A stretch of DNA of 50,164 nt from a virus (Duplodnaviria > Caudoviricetes), in the IMG/VR virus record IMGVR_UViG_3300021197_000796, positions 1 through 50,164 of that record; one strand, 5' to 3'. This document shows, piece by piece, positions 25,909 to 34,553 of this stretch (the first letter of the stretch is position 1; each line of letters begins with the position of its first letter). Made by a program: the position numbers and the translations under genes. Below the pieces are notes generated by a model, which did not search any database, was not told the DNA's origin, and was given only the letters and a program-made list of their open reading frames with translations.

Positions 25909-26419
25909 GAACGAACGGGACTTCTACCCGACACCTATTAAAGCTGTAGAACCTCTTATCGACCATCTCCCGTATGAGGACTTTACTTATGTAGAGCCTT
26001 GTGCTGGCGATGGTCGCCTCGTGAACCACCTCTCAGAGCTTACAGCAGGCTCTGGGTTGTGTGTTCATAAGAGCGACATAGAACCTCAAGCACCTGATGT
26101 CCTTCGTCTGGATGCAATGGGTTTACTGGCGATAGAGGACGTAGACTTCTGCATTACTAATCCACCTTGGGATACGGACTTTCTGCACCCTTTCCTTGAG
26201 TGGTATGCCACACAGATGCCCACTTGGGTGCTGAATAAGGCAGATTGGATGCACACTAAGAAGTCAGCGGAGTATATGCAGTATTGCAAGAAGGTTGTGT
26301 CTATCGGTAGGGTCAAGTGGATCGAAGACAGCAAAAGCACAGGTATGGACAATAGTTGTTGGTATCTCTTTGATTATCACCACGAAGGGCCAACAGAATT
26401 TTATGGGAGACTAATATGA
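25883..26419 (+). CDS. Orphan DNA methyltransferase (amino-MTase, probably N6-adenine)
   Basis: DFYPTP, SAM motif EPCAGDG, catalytic TNPPW. Confidence 0.85.
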   Translation: MGKRSNFTRNERDFYPTPIKAVEPLIDHLPYEDFTYVEPCAGDGRLVNHLSELTAGSGLCVHKSDIEPQAPDVLRLDAMGLLAIEDVDFCITNPPWDTDFLHPFLEWYATQMPTWVLNKADWMHTKKSAEYMQYCKKVVSIGRVKWIEDSKSTGMDNSCWYLFDYHHEGPTEFYGRLI

Positions 26420-26721
26420 AAGATTACGCAGATTTCGTGGAGTCGATGATTTTAACTGAAGGTGCTGACCGTCTAGTTGAGAATACACTAGGTCTTGTAG
26501 GTGAGGCTGGTGAGGTAGCTGAGAAGATCAAGAAGAAAGTACGCGACGGAAATATTGATATTCAGGGGTTGCAAGGGGAACTCGGAGATGTTATCTTCTA
26601 TTGGTACGCACTTCACGGTGCACTAGGTTTAGACCCAGAGGAGACTATCAAGATGAACAAAGAGAAACTAACCTCACGTAAGGAACGTGGGACTTTGCAA
26701 GGAAGTGGAGATAACCGATGA
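26416..26721 (+). CDS. mazG: MazG-like nucleotide pyrophosphohydrolase
   Basis: LGLVGEAGEVAEKIKK..RDG, ELGDV, GSGDNR. Confidence 0.9.
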   Translation: MKDYADFVESMILTEGADRLVENTLGLVGEAGEVAEKIKKKVRDGNIDIQGLQGELGDVIFYWYALHGALGLDPEETIKMNKEKLTSRKERGTLQGSGDNR

Positions 26722-27161
26722 TTGAGTATACAGTAAAAGTTCATGCTAATGGTAGCAAGCATTGGTACTTGGAGGGTAAACTACATCGTGAAGATGGACC
26801 TGCTGTAGAGTATGCTGATGGCTATAAGTCTTGGTTCTTGAACGATAAACTACACCGTGAAGAGGGTCCTGCTTTAGAGCATGCTGATGGTAGCAAGTGT
26901 TGGTACTTGAATGATAAACGACACCGTGAAGATGGACCTGCTATAGAGTATGCTAATGGCTATAAGTCTTGGTTCTTGAATGGTAAACGACACCGTGAAG
27001 ATGGTCCTGCTATAGAGTATGCTGATGGCGATAAGGTTTGGTACTTGAATGGTGCTCGGATGACAGAAGAAGGGCATAAAGAAGCTATGAATCCTTCTGT
27101 AGAAATGACTATGGAAGAGATCTGTAAGGCTCTAGGTAAGAACGTAAAGGTGAAGAAATGA
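26718..27161 (+). CDS. HREDGPA-repeat protein, copy 3 (4 units)
   Basis: Same termini as 22218 and 32053. Confidence 0.8.
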   Translation: MIEYTVKVHANGSKHWYLEGKLHREDGPAVEYADGYKSWFLNDKLHREEGPALEHADGSKCWYLNDKRHREDGPAIEYANGYKSWFLNGKRHREDGPAIEYADGDKVWYLNGARMTEEGHKEAMNPSVEMTMEEICKALGKNVKVKK

Positions 27162-27361
27162 TAGAAGACAAAGATGTAAACATTCAGGTGTACTCGTGTG
27201 GAGAGGGTCACACCATCCAAGTTCTAAAGGCAGAGGGAGATCAAATCCTTTTTATTAAACACTGGCAGCCAAGAGAGGACTACCTAGATTTTGGCGAGGG
27301 CAACTTCGTAAAACTTCTTGAGTTCCTTGGCTACAGGGTATACCACGAGGAGATGGAATAA
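27158..27361 (+). CDS. Hypothetical protein
   Basis: 67 aa, ATGA coupling. Confidence 0.6.
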   Translation: MIEDKDVNIQVYSCGEGHTIQVLKAEGDQILFIKHWQPREDYLDFGEGNFVKLLEFLGYRVYHEEME

Positions 27362-27537
27362 TGAGCATGTTCTGGAGATACGTTAACTTCTTGGCGACTT
27401 GGCGAGAACATCGTAAAACTATCAAGCAGTTGAACCAACTGACAGACCGTGAGCTACGGGACATCGGTATCAGCCGAGCAGACATAGACCGTTTGGTGTG
27501 GCTAGAGGAAGACAAGACAATGCGAGGACGTGGGTAA
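27361..27537 (+). CDS. DUF1127 (YjiS/CcaF1-like) small protein
   Basis: 58 aa, missed by the track: WREHRKTIKQLNQLTDRELRDIGISRADI is the DUF1127 signature. Confidence 0.85.
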   Translation: MSMFWRYVNFLATWREHRKTIKQLNQLTDRELRDIGISRADIDRLVWLEEDKTMRGRG

Positions 27538-27713
27538 TGACTAAGTTAGAAGAACTAAGGCTTGCTTGGATTGCGGCCTCCGATGAGGAAGATCTCGCTA
27601 CAATTGTCAAAGAGAGAGCTGAGGTTGCCTTGGAAGCTGCTCAAGACGCCGAGTTTTATGCTAGGTTAGCGTATGGTGCTGAACTAGAGAGACAGGAGGA
27701 CTCTAATGACTAA
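27537..27713 (+). CDS. Small helical protein, paralog 1 (MTKLEELRLAW)
   Basis: TAATG coupling. Confidence 0.6.
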   Translation: MTKLEELRLAWIAASDEEDLATIVKERAEVALEAAQDAEFYARLAYGAELERQEDSND

Positions 27714-27873
27714 GTTACAAGAATTAAAGGCTGCTTGGTTAGATGCGGAAATTAAAGCAACCGCTGCTCATCGTGAAGCAACCGACTGCTGGATAGGCTG
27801 GAGGGCTGAACTAAAGAAACAAGAAACAGCACCACGGGAGCCTGTAGAAGACGAAGGCAACCCGCTAGTATAG
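27706..27873 (+). CDS. Small helical protein, paralog 2 (MTKLQELKAAW)
   Basis: 55 aa, GGAGG RBS; similar to the upstream gene. Confidence 0.6.
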   Translation: MTKLQELKAAWLDAEIKATAAHREATDCWIGWRAELKKQETAPREPVEDEGNPLV

Positions 27874-27888
27874 CAAAAGGAATAACTA

Positions 27889-29802
27889 ATGACAAACAAC
27901 GTACTACCAACTGACTACCAAACATTCATCGCGCTATCTCGTTATGCTAAGTGGCTAGACGACGAAGGACGCCGTGAGACATTCTCTGAGACTGTACAGA
28001 GGTATATCACTAATGTGGTTGACTCCGTAATCTACGAGGATAAGAAACTTGTAGCTAACGAACTATGGGATGCCATCATGAGCCTTGAGGTTATGCCTTC
28101 CATGCGTTCTCTCATGACAGCAGGGGCAGCAGCTAACCGTGACAACACTTGTATGTACAACTGCTCGTACTTGCCAGTAGATGACCCTAAGTCCTTCGAT
28201 GAGGCTATGTTCATCCTGTTGTGTGGTACAGGTGTAGGGTTCTCAGTAGAGCGTCAGTTCATCTCTAAGCTACCTGATGTACCTGATCAACTATTCGTGA
28301 GTGACACCACAATCGTAGTTAAGGATAGCAAAGAGGGTTGGGCTAAGGCTTACCGTCAACTACTGTCTCTGCTGTGGGCTGGTGAAGTGCCTAAGTGGGA
28401 TGTGTCTAAGGTTCGCCCTGCTGGTGCTAAACTCAAGACATTCGGTGGTCGTGCCTCTGGTCCTGCCCCTCTGGTTGATCTCTTTCGCTTCACTATTGAG
28501 AAGTTCAAGGGTGCCACAGGTCGTAAGCTCTCTTCTATTGAGTGCCATGACATCATGTGTAAGATCGGTGAGGTAGTAGTCGTAGGTGGTGTTCGTCGTT
28601 CTGCTATGATCAGCTTGAGCAACCTAAGTGATGACCGCATGCGTCACGCTAAGTCAGGTCAGTGGTGGGAGAACCAAGGGCAACGCGCCCTAGCTAATAA
28701 CTCCGTGTGCTACACTGAGAAGCCAGACATGGAGACCTACATGCGTGAGTGGCTTGCGCTAGTCGAGAGTAAGTCGGGTGAGCGTGGTGTATTCAACCGT
28801 AAGGCAAGTAAGGTACAGGCAGCTAAGAATGGTCGTCGTGACCCTAACTTTGAGTTCGGTACTAACCCTTGCTCAGAGATTATCTTGCGTCCTTATCAGT
28901 TCTGTAACTTGACAGAGGTAGTTGTACGTGCCACAGATACTATTGAGGACTTGGAGCGTAAGGTTCGCCTTGCAACTATTCTAGGGACGATCCAGTCAAC
29001 CTATACGCACTTCCCATACTTGCGTAAGATCTGGCAGAAGAACACAGAAGAAGAACGTTTGTTGGGTGTTAGCTTGACAGGTATCATGGACAACCCGCTG
29101 ATGACTTCAGCTAACAAAGGGCTGGAGGAAACTCTTGAGCATCTTAAAAGTGTCGCTGTTGATACTAATGCTGAGTGGGCAGAGCGTCTTGGTGTACCAG
29201 TGTCTGCTGCAATTACTTGCGTTAAGCCTTCTGGGACCGTCTCTCAGCTTGTTGATTCTGCTTCTGGTATTCACACTCGTCATAGCCCTTACTACATCCG
29301 TACAGTACGAGGTGATAACAAAGACCCACTGACGCAGTTCATGAAGGATCAAGGTATCCCTAGCGAGCCTTGTGTTATGAAGCCAGATCAAACTACAGTC
29401 TTCAGCTTCCCTGTGAAGTCCCCAGAAGGTGCTGTAGTACGTGATGACGTATCAGCTATGGAACAGCTAGAGACTTGGCTGCTATATCAGCGTTATTGGT
29501 GTGAGCATAAGCCTTCGGTCACTGTGTCCGTAAAGGACAACGAGTGGATGGAAGTAGGTGCTTTTGTTTATGAGCACTTCGATGAGATGTCTGGTGTATC
29601 CTTTCTACCGTATGACGGTGGTACATACCAACAGGCACCTTATCAAGAGTGTGGTAAGTCAGACTATGAGACACTGAAAGATTTAATGCCTTCGTCTATT
29701 GACTGGTCTAAACTTTCGGAGTATGAACAAGAGGACAACACATCTGGTAGTCAGACTATGGCATGTTCTGGTGACAGTTGTGAGATTGTTGACTTGACAT
29801 AA
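27889..29802 (+). CDS. nrdJ: Class II (cobalamin-dependent) ribonucleotide reductase
   Basis: MPSMR, YNCSY, GGVRRSA, TNPCSEI, CVKPSGT, C-terminal CSGDSC; no beta-subunit gene. Confidence 0.93.
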   Translation: MTNNVLPTDYQTFIALSRYAKWLDDEGRRETFSETVQRYITNVVDSVIYEDKKLVANELWDAIMSLEVMPSMRSLMTAGAAANRDNTCMYNCSYLPVDDPKSFDEAMFILLCGTGVGFSVERQFISKLPDVPDQLFVSDTTIVVKDSKEGWAKAYRQLLSLLWAGEVPKWDVSKVRPAGAKLKTFGGRASGPAPLVDLFRFTIEKFKGATGRKLSSIECHDIMCKIGEVVVVGGVRRSAMISLSNLSDDRMRHAKSGQWWENQGQRALANNSVCYTEKPDMETYMREWLALVESKSGERGVFNRKASKVQAAKNGRRDPNFEFGTNPCSEIILRPYQFCNLTEVVVRATDTIEDLERKVRLATILGTIQSTYTHFPYLRKIWQKNTEEERLLGVSLTGIMDNPLMTSANKGLEETLEHLKSVAVDTNAEWAERLGVPVSAAITCVKPSGTVSQLVDSASGIHTRHSPYYIRTVRGDNKDPLTQFMKDQGIPSEPCVMKPDQTTVFSFPVKSPEGAVVRDDVSAMEQLETWLLYQRYWCEHKPSVTVSVKDNEWMEVGAFVYEHFDEMSGVSFLPYDGGTYQQAPYQECGKSDYETLKDLMPSSIDWSKLSEYEQEDNTSGSQTMACSGDSCEIVDLT

Positions 29803-29803
29803 C

Positions 29804-29855
29804 TTACGCTATGGCGTAAAGATCATAAAGTTACGCTATGACGTAAAGATCATAA
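29804..29855. repeat. Tandem 27-bp repeat, each with palindrome TTACGC-N4-(G/A)CGTAA
   Basis: ttacgctatggcgtaaagatcataa-ag-ttacgctatgacgtaaagatcataa. Confidence 0.8.
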
Positions 29856-29908
29856 GTGACCCTGTGACAAGCATGGGGTCACTACTAACTCAGATAAGGA
29901 TTAAAGAT

Positions 29909-30292
29909 ATGGAAATCGACGAAATCTTTAAAGCAAAAGAGGTTCTAAATGTCGCCCTGTTTGGGAGTAGGTTGGTAGGGTGCGCTAAGGAAGATAGTGA
30001 CTATGACTACCTTGTTCTTGTAAGGGAACGTCCCTGTACTAACTCCTGTTGGTTTGAGCTGGGGTTTACACCTGACACTGATGACCCCTTGTACGGCGTA
30101 GACTTCTCTTCTTGGCGCAAAGGGAATATGAACCTTGTGTTCACGGACAACCATGATTACTTCAAGGTGACACTAGAAGCCTCTGAATTCTGCCGTAAGT
30201 ATGAGGTATTTGATAAGGCAGACCGTTGCAAGGTTCACGAGTCTTTTAGAGATCAGCAGAAGTTTCTAACTACAGATCAGTGGCTGTTCTAA
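29909..30292 (+). CDS. Minimal pol-beta-type nucleotidyltransferase
   Basis: LFGSR...DSDYDYLV (GS..DxD); start refined by AAGGA RBS. Confidence 0.8.
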   Translation: MEIDEIFKAKEVLNVALFGSRLVGCAKEDSDYDYLVLVRERPCTNSCWFELGFTPDTDDPLYGVDFSSWRKGNMNLVFTDNHDYFKVTLEASEFCRKYEVFDKADRCKVHESFRDQQKFLTTDQWLF

Positions 30293-30326
30293 TAGATATT
30301 AGGCTGACAGGAAAAGGATTAAAGAT

Positions 30327-30518
30327 ATGATGTGCTACAAAGATATGACGTTTTGCAATGCCGAGTGTGACAACAAAGAGTGCTTCAGGCAGTTCACCAA
30401 AGAAGTAGAGGAGGGTGCCCGTAAGTGGTGGGATCACGACCCTGATAATGCCCCTGTAGCCTTCAGTGACTTCTCTGAGACTTGCCCTGCGTATGTAACC
30501 CCTAAGAATTGGAATTGA
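30327..30518 (+). CDS. Small Cys-rich protein
   Basis: 63 aa, AAGGA RBS. Confidence 0.65.
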   Translation: MMCYKDMTFCNAECDNKECFRQFTKEVEEGARKWWDHDPDNAPVAFSDFSETCPAYVTPKNWN

Positions 30519-30519
30519 T

Positions 30520-30831
30520 ATGTCTAAGAAATGTTCAGAATGCGATTACGCGATTTGCGCAGAGTACGGGTACTCAAACTATACCGTTGAGGGAACCACT
30601 GTGTATTGTTCTTTAAAATTAAATCCGCACGGTGAATTTGACCGATGGTACGGCGAAGATTTACGCGATAAATACGCCGAAAGCTGTGACGAATATTCGA
30701 ACACAGGAGGCCCTTCCTACGTGGATTGTGACTGTGAGGATGTTCGCGGTGATAGTAAAGACCCTAATTCTTGGGTCGAGTATGCAACCGCAAAAGTTCC
30801 GGCTGAAAAGTTGGTTGAGATTTTAACATAA
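30520..30831 (+). CDS. Cys-rich hypothetical protein
   Basis: 103 aa, CSEC...C...C. Confidence 0.65.
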   Translation: MSKKCSECDYAICAEYGYSNYTVEGTTVYCSLKLNPHGEFDRWYGEDLRDKYAESCDEYSNTGGPSYVDCDCEDVRGDSKDPNSWVEYATAKVPAEKLVEILT

Positions 30832-30842
30832 GGAGATCACCT

Positions 30843-31646
30843 ATGAAAGCAACATACATAGATTCGATGGGGACTGACTTGTCTGTAGTTAATGCAGCTA
30901 AGGTATCCTTTGGTAAACGTAGTGAGTGGGAGGTTTTAGAGTGGGATTTCTGGGACAACGAGGAGGGTGAAACTTCTCACTACAAGGAACTACAGCTTTC
31001 CAAGCAAGACCAAGGGCTAATCCAGTTCCTTGCTCGTGGTTGTACGTCTGGTGATTGGGAGATTTTGAAAGGGGATTTGGCCCAGATTGTATCTTTTAAA
31101 GATGACGTAGACTGGCAAAAGATTGAAGAGCTACTGAATCACATCCGTAAGATGCCTAGGCATTGGTCGCCCTTCGCCCACACAGCAGTCACGTTGCACC
31201 TCAAGATGCCTATCTTCGTAGCACGTCAGATCATGAAGCATACTACAGGTATTGAGTACAACGAGGTCAGTCGTCGTTATGTCGATAGCCGGCCTGAGTT
31301 CTATGTACCTGATGTATGGCGTAAGAAGGCTGATGATGTTAAGCAAGGGAGTTCAGAGGAAGGTATAAACCCTGAGTACAATCCTGCACACCTCTACAAC
31401 AAAATACTTCACACTTACTTAGAGGCAACGAGGGACTACGGAGTAGCACCAGAGCAAGCACGTATGATCCTACCACAGTCTATGTACACTGAGGTAATTG
31501 CTACTGGTAATCTCTACGCTTGGGCTAACCTGTATATCCAACGTACTGACAGCCATGCACAGAAGGAGACACAAGACTTAGCGGAACAGATCGGTAAGAT
31601 CATACAACCGTTGTATCCTGTATCATGGAAGGAACTAACTAAATGA
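30843..31646 (+). CDS. thyX: Flavin-dependent thymidylate synthase
   Basis: HWSPFAH, PIFVARQIMKH, YNEVSRRY, APEQARMILPQS, HAQKE. Confidence 0.95.
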   Translation: MKATYIDSMGTDLSVVNAAKVSFGKRSEWEVLEWDFWDNEEGETSHYKELQLSKQDQGLIQFLARGCTSGDWEILKGDLAQIVSFKDDVDWQKIEELLNHIRKMPRHWSPFAHTAVTLHLKMPIFVARQIMKHTTGIEYNEVSRRYVDSRPEFYVPDVWRKKADDVKQGSSEEGINPEYNPAHLYNKILHTYLEATRDYGVAPEQARMILPQSMYTEVIATGNLYAWANLYIQRTDSHAQKETQDLAEQIGKIIQPLYPVSWKELTK

Positions 31647-31849
31647 ACAACAAACTTATTATAATGTTTCTGGGGAGCCTGATAGTCTTCCCTGTAGTGC
31701 TTATTTGTCTTGTCTTGGCGGTAATGGCGGTACTATCCTTTCTTGCTTGGGACTGGTATTTCTTCTTAAACCTCACCGATTACTTGACAATGTTCAGGTT
31801 TTGCTGTATTATAGGGTGGGCGGCTTCAATAATTAATTTGTCGGAGTAG
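31643..31849 (+). CDS. Small membrane protein
   Basis: 68 aa, two hydrophobic stretches. Confidence 0.55.
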   Translation: MNNKLIIMFLGSLIVFPVVLICLVLAVMAVLSFLAWDWYFFLNLTDYLTMFRFCCIIGWAASIINLSE

Positions 31850-32052
31850 ACATGTATAGAGGAATCAAATAAATGAGCGTCTATACAGCAGAAGAGACTG
31901 ACAGTGGGGTTTGGTCAGTCATTGACGAGAGCATGGGTGGGACAGGCTCACGTGTGTTAGATTTACAAAGCAAAGAAGCCGCAGATTTCTACACAGAGAT
32001 GATGAACCTCGTGTACGACAGAGTTATGACGGATATAAAGGAGGGTTACTAA

Positions 32053-32358
32053 ATGATAGAGTATACAGTAAAAGTCTATTACAATGGCGATAAGGCTTGG
32101 TTCTTGAATGGTAAACTACATCGTGAAGATGGACCTGCTATAGAGGGTACTAATGGTTATAAGGCTTGGTATTTGAATAATAAACGACACCGTGAAGACG
32201 GTCCTGCTTTAGAGTATTCTAGAGGCAAAAAGTATTGGTACTTGAATGGTACTGAGATGACAGAAGAAGAGCATAAAGAAGCTATGAATCCTGTTGAAGA
32301 AATGACTATGGAAGAGATCTGTAAGGCTCTAGGCAAGAACGTAAAGGTGAAGAAATGA
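32053..32358 (+). CDS. HREDGPA-repeat protein, copy 4 (2 units)
   Basis: Same termini as copies 1 and 3. Confidence 0.8.
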   Translation: MIEYTVKVYYNGDKAWFLNGKLHREDGPAIEGTNGYKAWYLNNKRHREDGPALEYSRGKKYWYLNGTEMTEEEHKEAMNPVEEMTMEEICKALGKNVKVKK

Positions 32359-32612
32359 GAGTAGTAGTATATGGAGCTGTGTGGTGTGAGCCCTGCCGTA
32401 AGGTAAAACAAGAGCTAGAGGCTGCTGATGTACCCTACATCTACAGGGATATCAATAGTAGCCTAGTGGCTAAACAACACGCGCTGTCAGTACAAGACAC
32501 TATCCCCTTAGTGGAAATAGAGGCTAACAGTGGAAACAGGGTTGTCATCGGTGGTTACGAGGACACTAAAGACACCTTAGACATCTTGCAGTTCATTATG
32601 CAGGAAGTATAA
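32355..32612 (+). CDS. Glutaredoxin/NrdH-like protein
   Basis: WCEPC, TIP, IGGY. Confidence 0.85.
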   Translation: MRVVVYGAVWCEPCRKVKQELEAADVPYIYRDINSSLVAKQHALSVQDTIPLVEIEANSGNRVVIGGYEDTKDTLDILQFIMQEV

Positions 32613-32615
32613 ACG

Positions 32616-32668
32616 AAAAAAGCCCCCCTTCAGGTTTCCACTTAAGGATTCCCGAAGGGGGGCTTTTG
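32616..32668. terminator. Bidirectional intrinsic terminator between convergent halves
   Basis: aaaaaagcccccctt...aaggggggctttt inverted repeat. Confidence 0.85.
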
Positions 32669-32673
32669 TGATT

Positions 32674-33021
32674 CTAACGTCCTCTCAGACGCTTTATGTA
32701 AGTAGCTGGTGTATCCGTTACCCAACCTATGACAAGTAGCAACAGACCTGCGATCCATACCCAATAAGGTAGCTCATTGTTGGTAACAGTCTTCACGCTC
32801 TGGTCTACAGTGTCTACCCTAGCGTTAGGTCTTACGCTAACCGTAGGGCTTATGTTATTAGTCTGCCCTATAGTCTGGGTGTTAGTCTTACCTACCTGAG
32901 TATTAGCGGCTACATTAGGTCCGCCTCCAGTTAGGAACGAGGGGATCTTACCGCAACTGCTTAACGGCAGACATACCAAAAGCACCAGCAGCAAACCCGA
33001 TAATCGGCCAGACCACAACAT
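32674..33021 (-). CDS. Unimolecular spanin candidate
   Basis: Lipobox LSSC, short periplasmic segment, C-terminal TM helix with basic tail; last gene of the lysis cassette. Confidence 0.75.
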   Translation of the reverse strand: MLWSGRLSGLLLVLLVCLPLSSCGKIPSFLTGGGPNVAANTQVGKTNTQTIGQTNNISPTVSVRPNARVDTVDQSVKTVTNNELPYWVWIAGLLLLVIGWVTDTPATYIKRLRGR

Positions 33022-33112
33022 TCACCATCTCCAAATTGTTAGTAAATACCAGATAGCCTAACCCTAGCAATAGAGCCGCAGCTACCTCACGTTTATATGT
33101 CTTCTCTTTCAT
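32948..33112 (-). CDS. Holin candidate (2 TM)
   Basis: MKEKTYKREVAAALLLGLGYLV...WPIIGFAAGAFG; lysis context. Confidence 0.65.
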   Translation of the reverse strand: MKEKTYKREVAAALLLGLGYLVFTNNLEMVNVVVWPIIGFAAGAFGMSAVKQLR

Positions 33113-33345
33113 AGTCCTAAACCTCCTCTGATAATCCAAGCTCCAAATGCGGAGACTGCAACACTCACAACAAACAGCATAACTCTGTCGTAGAATGTCT
33201 GTCGTTTCTCTTCCCGTTTAGCCATAGCCTCTACTGTTTGATTAAGTAAAGCGATGGTTGTATTCAGGCTGCTCAGGCTGTCCTCAATGCTCTCGTTAGA
33301 TTCCTCTAACCTAGACAGACGCCTATCAAAATCTATGTCACTCAC
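33109..33345 (-). CDS. Coiled-coil plus C-terminal TM lysis-cassette protein (holin/antiholin-like)
   Basis: GTG start overlapping the endolysin stop. Confidence 0.6.
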   Translation of the reverse strand: MSDIDFDRRLSRLEESNESIEDSLSSLNTTIALLNQTVEAMAKREEKRQTFYDRVMLFVVSVAVSAFGAWIIRGGLGL

Positions 33346-33749
33346 GGGTACACCTTTCTTGAGAGTTGCCAGTGCGGCCCATCCTTGAAGGATTTCCAAT
33401 CGCCGCCCCACTCAAGATCAACCCCTAGCTCATCTGCTGCTAGTTTCATGGCCTCTTCGATGGGGTAGTATTGATCCCAATCTTCAATATTAACTACACC
33501 GTCTTCATCAACGTCTCCATTGAACGGGTAGGGTGAGATGTCTACTGCGTGGCCTGTTAGGTGTCTTGAGTTCATTGTAGTAGATCTGCCTAACTTAAAC
33601 AGTTTCCTCTGACGATTGATATTACGGATGCCTTCGATCACCGTGAAGTCTTGGTCAGTGATTTCGATTGCACGCTTAACTACAGCCACCAAGTCAGGAT
33701 GAACACCCGATAAGTTCTGTAGACTTCTAGTTCCTAGTTTATATGCCAT
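33342..33749 (-). CDS. Endolysin, M15 family L-Ala-D-Glu peptidase
   Basis: GVHPDL, EGIR...RQ, SRHLTGHAVD, WGGDW..FKDGPHWQ. Confidence 0.92.
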   Translation of the reverse strand: MAYKLGTRSLQNLSGVHPDLVAVVKRAIEITDQDFTVIEGIRNINRQRKLFKLGRSTTMNSRHLTGHAVDISPYPFNGDVDEDGVVNIEDWDQYYPIEEAMKLAADELGVDLEWGGDWKSFKDGPHWQLSRKVYP

Positions 33750-33770
33750 TCGTTTCTCCTTGAGTCTTCA

Positions 33771-34553
33771 TTAAGTCTTCATGATGTAAGCAAGAGCATA
33801 GTACGGAGGTCTGTTTTCGTGGGATTCGGTGTCTCCCGTTGAACCTGTACTACCTCCAGTTAGGGAAACGTTATGGCTGTGACTACCTGCGGAGCCTGTA
33901 TTGTAACCACTTTGTACATCGCCTTTACCAGCACCGTAGTCATTACTGCTCCCCGCGAAAAAGTCACTGCGGCCCGAACCGACCCCCCCAACCATTCCGT
34001 GAATGTGATCACCTGTCGTGTTCGTTACGCCACTAAGGGTTCCACTAGAGTGCGAGTGGGATGGCATTTGTGCTTGCGTAAGCGTAACAGTAGAGGTGCC
34101 ACCTGTATCTCCAACATCATAAGCGCTACCTGCACCCACAACAAATCGGTCACGGAGGTCAGGTGTACTGTCTGTTCCGTCACATAATGTCCAACCTGTA
34201 GGTATATTAAGTACAGACCCAGACCACATGATGATACCACCTATGGGTACATAATGTGTAGCGGCTGTATTGATTTGGGCAGCGGAAACCTCGACGCCTT
34301 GGATCCCAGAGGGTGGTATAGTGTACTCACCTGTGCTGCTGTTAAGGGTTATAAAGTCTATCCAAGCAGTATTATCAGGGTTGCGTATCTTGAGAATACC
34401 GTTAGTTTCGTCGTACCACCATTGGTTTGAGTACGTTGTGCTTGGGGCGCTAGTGCCACTACTATTAGTGGCTAAAGCTTGATAAGCAGAGTTCATATCT
34501 GCCCTCATAGATGGAAAACCTTGGTTCCCTAAGTTAAAGTCGTTCTGGCTCAT
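33771..34553 (-). CDS. Short tail fibre with collar domain
   Basis: VPIGGIIMWSG...GWTLCDG...PDLRDRFVVGAG, HxH motifs, ENRPPYYALAYIMK. Confidence 0.85.
   Translation of the reverse strand: MSQNDFNLGNQGFPSMRADMNSAYQALATNSSGTSAPSTTYSNQWWYDETNGILKIRNPDNTAWIDFITLNSSTGEYTIPPSGIQGVEVSAAQINTAATHYVPIGGIIMWSGSVLNIPTGWTLCDGTDSTPDLRDRFVVGAGSAYDVGDTGGTSTVTLTQAQMPSHSHSSGTLSGVTNTTGDHIHGMVGGVGSGRSDFFAGSSNDYGAGKGDVQSGYNTGSAGSHSHNVSLTGGSTGSTGDTESHENRPPYYALAYIMKT

Noticed and set aside
27537-27890. Cuckoo-type sRNA repeats downstream of the DUF1127 gene
   Set aside because: No CCTCCTCCC motifs; the region is filled by two short paralogous ORFs.
22218-32358. Insertion sequences explaining the repeated HREDGPA genes
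   Set aside because: No transposase, terminal inverted repeats or target-site duplications seen.
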